Part shown: positions 47,663 through 59,987 of the stretch, piece by piece
How the letters are laid out: each line of letters starts with the position of its first letter
Numbering within the stretch: position 1 is the stretch's first letter
NCBI GenBank assembly: GCA_950097015.1
Contig: CATNEN010000014.1
Span: 1,984,001-2,048,000 of the forward strand
Length of the DNA stretch: 64,000 nucleotides
Direction of reading: 5' to 3'
Source of the DNA: Macrostomum hystrix
Lineage: Eukaryota; Animalia; Platyhelminthes
Position numbers and translations under genes: made by a program
The notes under the pieces: model-generated
The model's input: only the letters and a program-made list of their open reading frames with translations
Told to the model about the DNA's origin: nothing
Databases searched by the model: none

Positions 47663-49224
47663 AATCTATTTTGCCATTTTTTTAGCTCTTTTGTAATAGT
47701 GTTAAGAGTATATTCCAGTAATTTTGATTAAAATGACACGGCTTTACTGCAAACTACTACTAAAAATTTAGAATAATATATAAATTATATGGCTCGGTTA
47801 AACTTAAATATAAGCATTTAACACAAACTTTTTGTTCGCAATGCTTTACGATATGTTGCGAAACTCTTTGAAACCCAATAGCTAAATATCCCGATTTAGT
47901 TTAGACTGCCGCAGTACCTCGTGAACATATAAGTAGCCTTCTAAAATACATTTCAATATTTAATCGATTCGATCGAACCCTTTTGATGAAACTTCTTAAT
48001 CAGTTCAGTCTGTTCAGTTTAATCATAGCAGGTGAGGCCGTTGAGTTGTGTTGAGGTGAGTCAACACAACTCAACGGTCACTATTCCAACAGCAAATATA
48101 TACTGAACACGCGTCATTTTACTTCAAGTAGCATGATTAGCAAGTGTAAGGCATGAAAACATGCTGAGCTTCATTTTATCTCTTCATGGGCGTCGGTGAG
48201 GGTCGTAGCCTCGGAACTGTACATGGGAGACAATGTACATGCGTAACCCGAGTTAGGCCCTTACTCACCCCTCCGCGCCTCTCTCCCGCCGGTCTCTCGG
48301 CCTTAAACAAATCGGAGCGGGAAGGCAGATGGCTCGGCTCTCATTGGCCGAGAGACCTGCGCTTAACGCCTCCTTCCTCGTGCGGCCTGCCTGGTTCTAC
48401 TTTCCGTCTTTCCCTTCACACACACGTCACACAGCACAGCCCGGACCAAGGCCGCCGCAGCCAACACTTGCCTGTGCCACACACGGCGCAAAGCCACATA
48501 ACTGTTCTGAACTGAATGAATGGGACATGTATGGGCATGGGAATTCAAGACCTCCTTTGCCCAATTGCCCTCTATTGCATCCTTTCGACAGTCTGCACTC
48601 TCACCTCAGTTCCGTCACCTCTTGACTGTCTTACAACTCTGTTAACTCAAGCTCCAGCTGAGCCTCCTGACCCGAGGTAGCGAGAGATGTGCTCATTGCT
48701 CAAAGACGGTACCGACCTCATTTACGAATTAGCAAAGTGATTGGCTCCCAGTCATTGTGCGTAAGGGACGCTGGACAGGGCTCCATTGAAAAATAAGGAG
48801 GCTGCTCATATTCTCAGTTAGACATAGCAATTATAATGCATTCTGCATGATGCTCAGCTAGCTTAGCTCTAGTGATAATGCTTGTACTCAAAACGGTTTT
48901 ACTTTTACAGGGAACTCAGCTCTGATAAGAGTTATCTCGAACAGTCATGTCCAATCAAACTGATTCTAAAATGCATCGCTTTTAATTTACTTTCAAACAG
49001 GCGGTTCCCTGTCTAACAGGTGACAGATGATCTAACAGATGCTTTCCTTCCTGTTTTACAAACGCTTAGATTTTTAACCGTAGGATGTTAGTGGTCAAAC
49101 AGGTGGTTCTAGGCCTGATGTGGAACATATTGTCGCAAAGTAATTTCATGTCTAACAAGCAATTTTATGCTGACCGGTGATTCCCTTCCTGAAGGCACTG
49201 ATGGATACTCTGCTTGACAGGTGA

Positions 49225-49620
49225 TACTGAGGTGATACTCTGCTTGACAGGTGATACTCCGTCTAACAGGTGATACTCCGTCTAACAGGTGATACTCCGT
49301 CTAACAGGTGATACTCCGTCTAACAGGTGATACTCTGCTTGACAGGTGATACTGTCCCTAACAGGTGATACTCTGCTTGACAGGTGATACTCTGCTTGAC
49401 AGGTGATACTCTGCCTAACAGGTGATACTCCGTCTAACAGTTGATCCTACGACTAACAGGTGATACTCCGTCTAACAGGTGATACTCCGTCTAACAGGTG
49501 ATACTCCGTCTAACAGTTGATACTCCGTCTAACAGGTGATACTCCGTCTAACAGGTGATACTCCGTCTAACAGTTGATACTCCGTCTAACAGTTGATCCT
49601 ACGACTAACAGGTGATACTC
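49225..49620. repeat. 19-bp minisatellite (AACAGGTGATACTCCGTCT), ~21 copies
   Basis: Read directly. Confidence 0.92.
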
Positions 49621-50199
49621 CGGCAAGGACTAACCTAAAATGACTTTAGGTATCTTTAGTCGTCGTCTGGTTTCCCTGTCTTTGCTAAGCCAAATGAAGT
49701 GAATCACTAAAACAATTTTCAACGCTTTCATCAACAAGTAAAGGAGAATTTATTTGCAGCACTGAAGCTGAGTCTCTGTGCCTTTCACTAATGAGTCAGT
49801 GCCTGTTTCGGCTCGCGTACAAACTGGTGATTCTTGGAATTAGTTGATTGGGACGCGCATTGAGACAAGCGCCAGAAACAAGCAAATCATGGACAGTAAA
49901 CTGTCCAACCGAGCAGCTAGCCGTTAGCTCTGACACTTTTCTGAAAGACCGTTTGAGTTCATTTCAAACTACGCTCGTATTTCCACTTGAAACTTTTCGC
50001 GCGCGCAAAGTGCAAAATCGCAGTCGATGAAACTAATTGCACAGAGGTTATTGAACAGTAAAACAAATGTAAAACAAACTGGATTACCAAAGTTTATTGT
50101 TGACTGATTTAAAGCTCAAATAGAAGAAACTAGGTTCGATGGAATGAAGAGGGGCACTAAAAACTGATTAACGTTTGCTGGAAGTGGGGGCATTTCACA

Positions 50200-50660
50200 A
50201 ATCGATCGATAATGGACGCTGGTGAAGTGGGTGGGGGCATTTCACTAACCGATCAATATTAGACGCTGGTGGAGTGGGTGGGGGGCATTTTGAAAAAACG
50301 ATCGATAGTAGACGCTGGTGGAGTGGGTGGGGGCATTTCACTAACCGATCAATATTAGACGCTGGTGGAGTGGGGTAGGGGGATTTTGAAAAACCGATCG
50401 ATAGTAGACGCTGGTGGAGTGGGTGGGGGGCATTTTGAAAAACCGATCGATAATAGACGCTGGTGGAGTGGGTGGGGGCATTTTGAAAAAACGATCGATA
50501 ATAGACGCTGGTGGAGTGGGTGGGGGGCATTTTGAAAAAAAAACGATCGATAGTAACGCTGGTGGAGTGGGTGGGGGCATTTTGAAAAAACGATCGATAA
50601 TAGACGCTGGTGGAGTGGGTGGGGGCATTTTGAAAAAACTATAATAGATCGATAATATAC
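50200..50660. repeat. ~55-bp tandem repeat (GACGCTGGTGGAGTGGGTGGGGGCATTTTGAAAAAACGATCGATAATA-like)
   Basis: About 8 copies. Confidence 0.88.
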
Positions 50661-51304
50661 GCTGGTGGATATGAGTAGACACTCAAGCAACCGATTAGTA
50701 AAGCTCGGAATGGACTCTCTTAACAGGCCGATCAAAAGCGCCCGCTGGCGTAGTGGGGTGGATGGGAGCTCAAGAAACCGATCGATAATGCCCATTCGAG
50801 CATAGTGAGTAAGCAACTAACAGATCGATAACGCAGATAATGTTGAAACAGGTTGTGTTAAGGGGTTCATATTTAATGAGCAAATTAGTGTCAGCAGGTG
50901 ATCACACACAGTGGTAGTTAGAGCAAAAGCTTTTAGAGCAAACACGCCAGCATCGTGCAGACTATTATTCAATTGAATATGAAGAGCAACTAGAAAAACA
51001 TTCGCATGTGCAGCGCCTATGGATTGTTCTGACTGTTCTTCCCATGGTTGGCCTTGCTCAGCCTGCTAAGCAGGCTCTCGAGGCGCAAATTCTTCTGAGT
51101 TACAGATCGACGAACACGCTTAAAAGGCAGGAAGCAATCAAACGACTGGTCGGGACTCGGCTTCAGGTTCATGGAGTCGTCGCTGACTGAAGATCGTACA
51201 GATGAATTACCTGTTTAATTACAAATGCGTCGTTGTATTTCTCGCCGGACATACATGTGCGATATAAATAGGACGATCGGAAAGGCAGTAAAAAAGAGGC
51301 CGAA

Positions 51305-51750
51305 AGACAGATAGTACATGCAAGGCCGATTGACAAAGTATGTAGCATCGGAGTGGGGGGGCTGCCACATGTGTACATGCAAGGCCGATTGACAAAGTAT
51401 GTAGCATCGGAGTGGGGGGGCTGCCACATGTGTACATGCAAGGACGATCGATTAAGTATGTAGCATCGGAGTGGGGGGGGGCTGCCACATGTGTACATGC
51501 AAGGCCGATTGACAAAGTATGTAGCATCGGAGTGGGGGGGCTGCCACATGTGTACATGCAAGGACGATCGATTAAGTATGTAGCATCGGAGTGGGGTGGC
51601 TGCCACATGAGTACATGCAAGGACGATCGATTAAGTATGTAGCATCGGAGGGGGTGGCTGCCACATGCGTACATGCAAGGACGATCGATAAAGCATTTAG
51701 CATCGGAGTGGGGTGGCTGCCACATGCGTACATGCAAGGGCGATCGATAG
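51305..51750. repeat. ~59-60-bp tandem repeat (ACATGCAAGG...GCATCGGAGTGGGGGGGCTGCCACATGTGT)
   Basis: About 7 copies. Confidence 0.88.
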
Positions 51751-54700
51751 GGCAGGGAGAGGCAGAGTGGGTGTGGCCAGTCTTTGCACGTTGTGAGTCA
51801 GTAAAACAGATTCGCGGACTAAACAAGCTCTTACGACTGCAGCTGGCAGACGCCGAAGGTGATGCTGGCAGGCCGATGGCGACTTTCACGCCAGCGAGGC
51901 TAGCAGAGACGCACGCCTGGCACCAGCAGTCGCGGGCGGCGGAAATGGCGCTAAATGGACGAGGTCTAGCCGGCATCAGGCGGTGGCATCTGGCACAGCA
52001 GAACTGAGGCTTTCTCTTTTGAAGCTGCTGCTGTTGTTGCTGCTGCTGCTGTTGTGAGTGCTGCACCTGTGGTATATCTTCTGATCGACGAGCTCGGCGA
52101 GAAGATCGAGTAAGGATGCCGACACCACCGTTGGAGACGGTGCTTCCGACCAGACCGAGGCTGAATTGCAGTTGCAGCGGCTGCAGCAGCGGCTTCACTT
52201 CAGCAGCCGCAGGAGCTGCAACTGACGCTGTTGCCGCAGCCGCAGCGGCCGCTGAAGAAGTCGATGACTCAAGCGCGAAATCCGGATTAACGAGCTGCCA
52301 ACGACGACGGGGACTGGACTTTGCATCCGTGACGTCTGAAACAGCATCATAAAACCTGACTGCATTAAAGTCCTGCACTCCTGCTAGCCTGAACTGGGCA
52401 CTCCTGCTAGCCTGAACTGGGCACTCCTGCTACACTGAACTGAGCACTCCTGCTACACTGAACTGAGCACTCCTGCTACACTGAACTGAGCACTCCTGCT
52501 ACCCTGAACTGGGCACTCCTGCTAGCTTGAACTGGGCACTCCTGCTAGCCTGAACTGGGCACTCCTGCTACACTGAACTGAGCACTCCTGCTAGCCTGAA
52601 CTGGGCACTCCTGCTACACTGAACTGAGCACTCCTGCTACACTGAACTGAGCACTCCTGCTACACTGAACTGAGCACTCCTGCTACCCTGAACGGAGCAC
52701 TCCTGATACCCTGAACTGAGCACTCCTGCTAGCCTGAACTGGGCACTCCTGCTACCCTGAACTGGGCACTCCTGCTACCCTGAACTGGACACTCCTGGTA
52801 TTGACTGGGGCACGCTGCGGTCCTGTGACAGTTAACTTTGACTTACCATCTCGCACTTTCGGTGTTACCAGATCAAAGCAGGCCAGAAAGTTGACTTTCT
52901 GCAAAGTTGATAAATTTGAGTGTCAGACAAATATCAGCAGCTGCACATGCAAGCAGAAAACTATTGATCAGACACACAGGTTTCATCGAGCTTAAGAATC
53001 ACGAAGCCAAATGAATTCGAAACGGCTAACCCCGATTCTGCCGGCTGACAAATCCTAATCCCAATGTCGAATCCCGATTCCACATTTCGAATCCCTAATT
53101 CAAATGACGAATCCCAGTTTAAAAAGTTGAATCCATATTTCAAATTGACGAATCCCCATTCCAAATGACGAATCCCCATTCCAAATGACGAATCCCCATT
53201 CCAAATGACGAATCCCCATTCCAAGTGACGAATCCCCATTCCAAATGACGAATCCCCATTTCAAATTCCAAATGATGAATTTACATGCCAAATAACGAGT
53301 CGATATCCCAAGATTCCCAAATGATTGAGTGCAATAATTGAATCCTAATTTCAGAGGTCTTCAAGGCCAAGTAAAAGACTGGGTGGCACAGTATTCGCGA
53401 CCCCACAGCGGCTCACCCGCTTCTTATCCGGACTGAGGCAGGCAACTGAGCTGCCCCACTTCTCCAGGGTGGTCGGGCAGAAGTGGCGCCTCACTCGCTC
53501 TTCCAGAACCTCGTCGACCGTGACGGCCGTCTACAAGCGGAATATCGAAAGAATTTGCACCGTGGGAGCAGACTGGCTAGGTGTGAGAAAGCTTGCGATA
53601 TTGCTGCGTTTGGGATGCCCAGGCAGACCGTGCCAGTGTGATGTGGGGATCGATGGAAAAGGCTATAGCCAGGGGAGAATCGGAGAGAAGTGAGGGGAGA
53701 TTTATCCAATGAGAGTGAGGAGACATTGAAAATGAGAAAATAAGGAGATCAAATAATGAGAAGGAAACGGGAGAATGGGGAGAGGAGAGGGCAGATGGGG
53801 AGGAGAGAGAGGAGAATGGGGAAAGGAGAGGGAAGAAGCTGAGAATCAGGAGACGAGAGGGAGGAATTTGAGAATAGGAGGTGATGAGGAATTTGAGCAC
53901 GGAGAGAATGGGTTGGAAGAATAGGGAAAGTTGAGGGGAGACTGGGGATAGGAGAAGGGCGAGAAGGGAGAATGTGAGATTTGGGAGGCCCGGGGAGAAT
54001 AGGTGAATGGTTATACAAATGAAATCCGAGAAGGGAGAATTCGATGTGAGGACAGATGTGGGTGGGAATTATTGCCGAGTGCCGAATGTTGAGCCGTGAT
54101 TCAGTTCCCTATCAGATTGCGCTCACCTTGGCCCCAGTTCGGAAGCCGTGGCGACTGGACTCGGCTGATTGCGCAATCAGAGCTCGGCAATCGCGTTTGA
54201 ACCGCTCCAACAGCGGCTTCTGCAATTGAGCAATTAACTGAGCGGCTGAATGCACTGCCAGGACAAAGATATTGTTCTGCTGTTTCTAAAATCCCACTAG
54301 TTCTCAGGAATCCCTAGACTAGAGTCCCATTGGAGAATGAATACAAGAATTGTCAAAAAATAGGGAATGTTTAATTTCGAATCCCGGAATTATGTTTTAT
54401 CGGACAATCCGTAATCCTTTATACAGATAAACATGCTCTAAACTAGAATCATAGAAGCATGAGCACTAATTCCATCTGAAATCCGGGAATCCTCCCTTTT
54501 GAATCCGGGAATCCTCCATTTTGAATCCGGGAATCCTCCATTTTGAATCCGGGAATCCTCCATTTTGAATCCGGGAATCCTCCATTTTGAATCCGGGAAT
54601 CCTCCATTTTGAATCCGGGAATCCTCCATTTTGAATCCGGGAATCCTCCATTTTTAATCCGGGAATCCTCCATTTTGAATCCCGCAATCCTCCATTTTGA

Positions 54701-55196
54701 ATCCGGGAATCCTCCATTTTGAATCCCGCAATCCTCCATTTTGAATCCGGGAATCCTCCATTTTGAATCCGGGAATCCTCCATTTTGAATCCGGGAATCC
54801 TCCATTTTGAATCCGGGAATCCTCCATTTTGAATCCGGGAATCCTCCATTTTGAATCCGGGAATCCTCCATTTTGAATCCGGGAATCCTCCATTTTGAAT
54901 CCGGGAATCCTCCATTTTGAATCCGGGAATCCTCCATTTTGAATCCGGGAATCCTACATCTAAATGTGGGAATCCTGCATTTTGAATCTGCAGAGAATCC
55001 TCCCACTATTTTGTATCCGGAAATCCCTCTTTTAAATCCGAGAGTCAAGGCAAGCCTGTCTGTAGTTAAGTAACCTCAAATTAAAATTTGAGCTTACCTG
55101 CTCCCTGTGAATTCTGGCAATCAGGCGCTCGGCCGCCTGGGCCCTAGCAACCAGGCCTTTGTCGTCTGGACACAAATTCACCCGGCCAACCAGGTT
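51572..55196 (-). CDS. Unidentified multi-exon protein-coding gene (partial)
   Basis: 99-nt phase-0 exon 55196-55098 (CAG|NLVGRVNLCPDDKGLVARAQAAERLIARIHREQ|GTAAGC) joins in frame to an exon starting at 52372 (DFNAVRFYDAVSD...polyA, polyQ, CCARC...CQAC). The 3' end and upstream exons are unresolved. Confidence 0.55.
52373..52797. repeat. 23-bp minisatellite (GCACTCCTGCTAGCCTGAACTGG), ~18 copies
   Basis: Starts at the splice acceptor of the 52372 exon. Confidence 0.92.
53140..53265. repeat. 20-bp minisatellite (CCAAATGACGAATCCCCATT), ~6 copies
   Basis: Read directly. Confidence 0.88.
54490..54955. repeat. 22-bp minisatellite (GGGAATCCTCCATTTTGAATCC), ~21 copies
   Basis: Read directly. Confidence 0.95.
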
Positions 55197-55304
55197 CTGT
55201 GGGAGTTGGCGGTTTTGATACATCATTGCTGAGAAAGTTCTCAATGATATTTTCCTGAGTACTGTATGTTGTAAGCCTTCTGTCCAATTAAAACTGCATG
55301 GTTG

Positions 55305-56328
55305 CAGGGAGGATGAAAGGAGATGGAAGCAGGGAGGATGAAGGGAGCTGGCTGCAGTCAGGATGAAGGGAGCTGCAGTGAGGATGAAAGGAGCCGGCTG
55401 CTGTGAGGTATGAAGGAAGCTACGGTGAGGATGAAGGGAGCTGGATACATACAGTAAGGATGAAGGGAGCTGGCTACAGTACAGTAGGGATGAAGGGAGT
55501 TGGCTACAGTAAGGATGAAGGGGGAGCTGGCTACAGTAGGGATGAAGGGAGCTGGCTACAGTAGGGATGAAGGGAGCTGGCTACAGTAAGGATGAAGGGA
55601 GTTGGCTACAGTAAGGATGAAGGGAGCTGGCTACAGTAGGGATGAAGGGAAGTGGCTACAGTAAGGATGAAGGGAGCTGCAGTGAAGATGAAAGGAGATG
55701 GATGCAGGGAGGATGAAGGGAGCTGCAGTGAGGATGAAGGGAGCTGGCTACAGTGAGGATGAAGGGAGTTGGCTACAGTAAGGATGAAGGGAGCTGGCTA
55801 CAGTAGGGATGAAGGGAGCTGGCTGCAGTAAGGATGAAGGGAGCTGGCTACAGTGAGTATGAAGGGAGCTGGCTACAGTGAGGATGAAGGGAGCTGCAGT
55901 GAAGATGAAAGGAGATGGATGCAGGGAGGATGAAGGGAGCTGGCTACAGTAAGGATGAAGGGAGCTGGCTACAGTGAGGATGAAGGGAGCTGGCTACAGT
56001 GAGGATGAAGGGAGCTGCAGTGAGGATGAAGGGAGGATGAAGGGAGCTGCAGTGAGGATGAAGGGAGGATGAAGGGAGCTGCAGTGAGGATGAAGGGAGC
56101 TGCAGTGAGGATGAAGGGGGCTGCAGTGAGGATGAAGGGAGCTGCAGTGAGGATGAAGGGAGCTGCAGTGAGGATGAAGGGGGCTGCAGTGAGGATGAAG
56201 GGAGCTGCAGTGAGGATGAAGGGAGCTGGCTACAGTGAGGATGAAGGGAGCTGGCTGTAGTGAGGATGAAGGGAGCTGCAGTGAGGATGAAGGGAGGATG
56301 AAGGGAGCTGCAGTGAGGATGAAGGGAG
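55305..56328. repeat. Purine-rich 21-26-bp minisatellite (GTGAGGATGAAGGGAGCTGCA / ...GGCTACA)
   Basis: Read directly; two unit variants are interspersed. Confidence 0.9.
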
Positions 56329-58463
56329 CAAAATAAAATCGATATTGTGAGGCCAGAGCGAAGGTGCCATATCGCTAATCACTGATCTAGCAGAGCATGA
56401 TGAAGTCCGCAACAGGATTAATATGATTGGCGCTGAGCAAATGAGTCTGTTCGAATGGTGCATAATGCATATTAGTGGGACTGTGGGATGGTCTAGACCA
56501 AGGTCCTGGACTCTAGGCCCTGGAATATTTATTAATACACAGATTAAGGAATGCGCACAGGACACATGATTCTTCGCCAATAGACTGCATAGCCCCTGCA
56601 TTCATTTTATTCTGGGCAAATAACTCCAAGCTAAAGAAGCAGGTCCTGTCCGGACGGCTGGGATGCGAGCAGAAGGAGCAAATCAATATTATATCAGTCA
56701 GGCCTGATCAGAGTGTTTCATATATGAGCACCGGCATGATTGACCAGCCTGCCAAACAGCACGCACGGTTCATAATGGCAAATAGCAATTAGCTAGTAAA
56801 ATGTATCAATGGGCAGACAATTAGACAGTTGGGCTGCTTGAAAAGTGCCAACGAAAATCGGAATAATGAAACGTCTGTTCTGCTCCTGAGACATTCGTGT
56901 CAATAAAACGAAAATTCTTGATCTTACTTAAATTTTTACGAATAAGCTTCTTACCCGATGCGCTCTGATGGCAGCATTTAATTGAGCCTGTAATTCGCGC
57001 AGATTTTGCGGCAGAGACTCTGCGGTGAAAGCTTTATTCGTTAGCATGGCTCGGTCTGGTTGCGCTCGCTAAGAATAAAGAAGGAAAGGGGCTCGCTCCA
57101 AGCTTTCTCAGTATGTGGCCAGCCAAGCCTATACGTTGGGGTGGGTGTTAGGCTTTATTGCTGTTGGCTGGAAGCAAGAATAACAAAAATGCAAAAATGG
57201 TTAGTTTTGTAAGACAAAAAATCCCAGTTCTCTGGAAATTTTATATCTGAGAGCATTTTATAATAATTTAATAATAATAACTATGATTTTTCAAATGCTT
57301 GAAGTTAACTGTTTGGGATCTACTTTGCTGACGATAGTAGTATGATGCGCCTATACAAAAGTGGCCCGTATCTGCAGGCGCAATTTGGAAACCCCGGCGA
57401 GTAAGGCCTGTGAGCGGAAAGGAATTGGGGGTGGGGGTAGAAAATTTTAGGCCATTCCCCCCAGGCTACGGCCAACCCCCAGCCCAAAGCTTGTGCGCGA
57501 GTGGCGGGGTGGGCCGCGGACCAAAACGAAGGTTTTTCGGGGAGGGCTGACTGGCCGTGTCTGGTCTGGTACGAACGTCCATTCGTCAAAGCTCACGAAT
57601 TCCTTTCCTTTTTCGACTCGAACCTAGGGCCCCGCTGATCCAGTCCCAGAGAAGGCTCTTTGACGAGTCGACGACTGACAGCGATCCCAGAAGCGGAGAA
57701 AGGAACTTCAAGTTAAGCTCTCTCATCGTTTTTTTCTCATTTATCGCTAGTTCCTGGTCTTGTCTTCAACAAAAAGTTAGTAATCGGATACTTAAGGCTA
57801 TTTTAAAATAAAAAAAAGATAATTGCTAGCAGAACTCCTGACGACTTTCTTTCAGTATACATACACCATATTTTTCTAAAAAAATAGGAGTAAAAATTGT
57901 ATTTGTATACAAGTTGGCTTTTAAAATGACGTGACTTCGCTGTCTCCATATTCGCATACCTTCGAGTCATAACTTCACATCCCTCAATAGTGAAAGCCAC
58001 AGAAAAACCGGAATGACTTAATTCGGTCGTTAGTGGGCTTTTGATGGACCAAAACTCCAAAAGGTCAAAAGCAGTGTTGTATGTTAAGTTTACGAGCGTA
58101 TAATAGAGAAGTGTAAAAATTACTATTAAGACATCAACCGCTCATCCATGGATATTACATTGTTTCTAATAATTTATAATCACACTCATAATTCATACAT
58201 AGTTCTTCCGATATTAAATTCATTAAGAACTTTTAAAAAATGTAAAATCTTGACTGTCTAACACATACAATTTCAAATTTCGTGGCTGCAAAAGTAGCGA
58301 GGGTAAAGAACGGTCAGCCATTAGCATGGCACCCACTTCTCATGATCTTTGTTGATGGAACCAAATCATCAAGACCTGTTCCGAAGTCGCCGCAAAGTTT
58401 ATTTAACTGTCAGAATTTCCTGCACTTTTCTTTTGAGTTTGAGCTTGTATTCGGTTTATTAGT

Positions 58464-58608
58464 GGCTCTCTGGTAAGAGCCCTCAAATATTGCACTAGGC
58501 TACGGTATTTCACGCATCCTGTGCGGGGTATTGGGTATAGTTTTCAACTAGCAATAACCGCACCTCGGGTGAACCTCATTGGTTACGGTACTGCCACTGC
58601 GCAAAGCT
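58464..58608 (-). ncRNA. RNU4: U4 spliceosomal snRNA
   Basis: Minus strand AGCTTTGCGCAGTGGCAGTACCGTAACCAATGAGGTTCACCCGAGGTGCGGTTATTGCTAGTTGAAAACT...CCCAATACCCCGC follows the metazoan U4 5' sequence. Sm-like AATATTTG is followed by the terminal hairpin GGCTCT-TACCAG-AGAGCC. Confidence 0.92.
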
Positions 58609-59449
58609 AAAGAATTTTTAGGCTAAAGTTATGGTTCATAAAACAAGCATTACTGTCGCTACAAAAACTGCTACTTTTCGTAACATCGAAAATCATTTAT
58701 CAATGTTAACTTGTTGTTGACTAATTTAGAGTTTTTTATTCCAAACCAAAAAGCCAAGTAAGCCAAGAAAATTTCAATCTGACAAAATTAATTTTTTTAT
58801 TTAGTTTACTCATTTATAATTGGTAAACCACTTTAAATACATTTACACAGGCGTAATGAACTAACGCATACTACTGTTAGTAGGCCTCAAGAGAATTGCA
58901 TTATAAAAAGTAGACCACTTATTTGCGCCAAGCTATGCTTGGCGACTATCGTTGAGTTTTTTTAAAGTATATTTGTAGCGATATTTTAGGACTATTATAT
59001 AAAGCGCCATTTAGCATAAAATTGACAAATATCAAAGACAATCTGATAAAATTTAACTTATAGTGCAGGCAATATCGGAAGAAGCAAATAATTTACAAAA
59101 ATAAAAATAAAAGTTTCATAAGAAACACTTTAATTTACGGGACGCTGCAAAAAGCACAATGGTCAGATGTGGTCAAAGCAATGAGACTTATCAGCAACTA
59201 TGCAAAATTCAATGTAATTTAAATAGACTAAATTGAATGCACAAGCCGCTTGCAGTTGGTAACATGATAAATAAGCTAACAGCACAAAATGCTAAAATAG
59301 GGGCGAGCTTTCGTTTGAGTTCAGAGCCGGGGGCAAGCAGGTTCTTGAGAGCAATTCGAAAGAGAGCGGGCATGCAGACTGACTACATTTGCCTGTGAAA
59401 ACTGTAAGACACACTCACTACGAAGCTCAAGTGCTCAAGAGCTAGGCGA

Positions 59450-59556
59450 AGTAGTTCCCAAAGGAGTCGAACTCGTGACCTCCTGATAGCTGTGTTTTAT
59501 CTGACAGGCAGCAGGCTTTGGTTAGCGCCATTCTCTAAGGCCACGAGGGCAGCAGC
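59450..59556 (-). other. tRNA-derived SINE head or degenerate tRNA
   Basis: Minus strand has A-box-like GTGGCCTTAGAGAATGG and B-box-like GAGTTCGACTCC about 60 nt apart; no clean cloverleaf. Confidence 0.4.
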
Positions 59557-59987
59557 TTCAAACAGTCAATGGAAGGAGCAGAAGGCATTAGTCAAAATAT
59601 GAAATAATGAAGAAAATGTGTACAAGGCATATACTACTTGAAGCAGGAAGTATAGGACACGGGAACAGCTACAGTAGGCAGGGGCGCAATGACTCGTGCA
59701 TCAGCGGTAAAGCAAAAAAAAATAATCGAAGGCACAGCAGCATCATCTGAAAACTAAAACAGAAGCCAAACGAACTGTACAAACAACTGTCACGGAGATG
59801 AGCACAAAACGCGCTTGAAGATAAAAAACCGAGCACGCTAGGACCCGGAAACAGAAAGTACAAAATTAGTAGACAAAAATTGAGAACGCTTAGGCCAAGC
59901 TGATAAAAATGCTACTGAAGATTGTTGACGAATACAGAATACTTAAAAACTGGTTGGCGTGAATCATGAGGTCACTGTGATCAAAAC

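Noticed and set aside
53700-54030. GA-rich tract and its Ser/Pro/Leu-rich antisense ORFs
   Set aside because: Low-complexity sequence only.
54438-55048. MEDSRIQNGGFPDSKWRIPGFK repeat proteins
   Set aside because: Frame-cycling translation of the 22-bp array.
57320-57800. GC-rich block as RNase P/MRP, 7SK or telomerase RNA
   Set aside because: No conserved P4 motifs or CTAACCC template found; more likely a promoter or 5' exon. It shares only a short AAATTTTCTACCCC word with the fascin upstream region.
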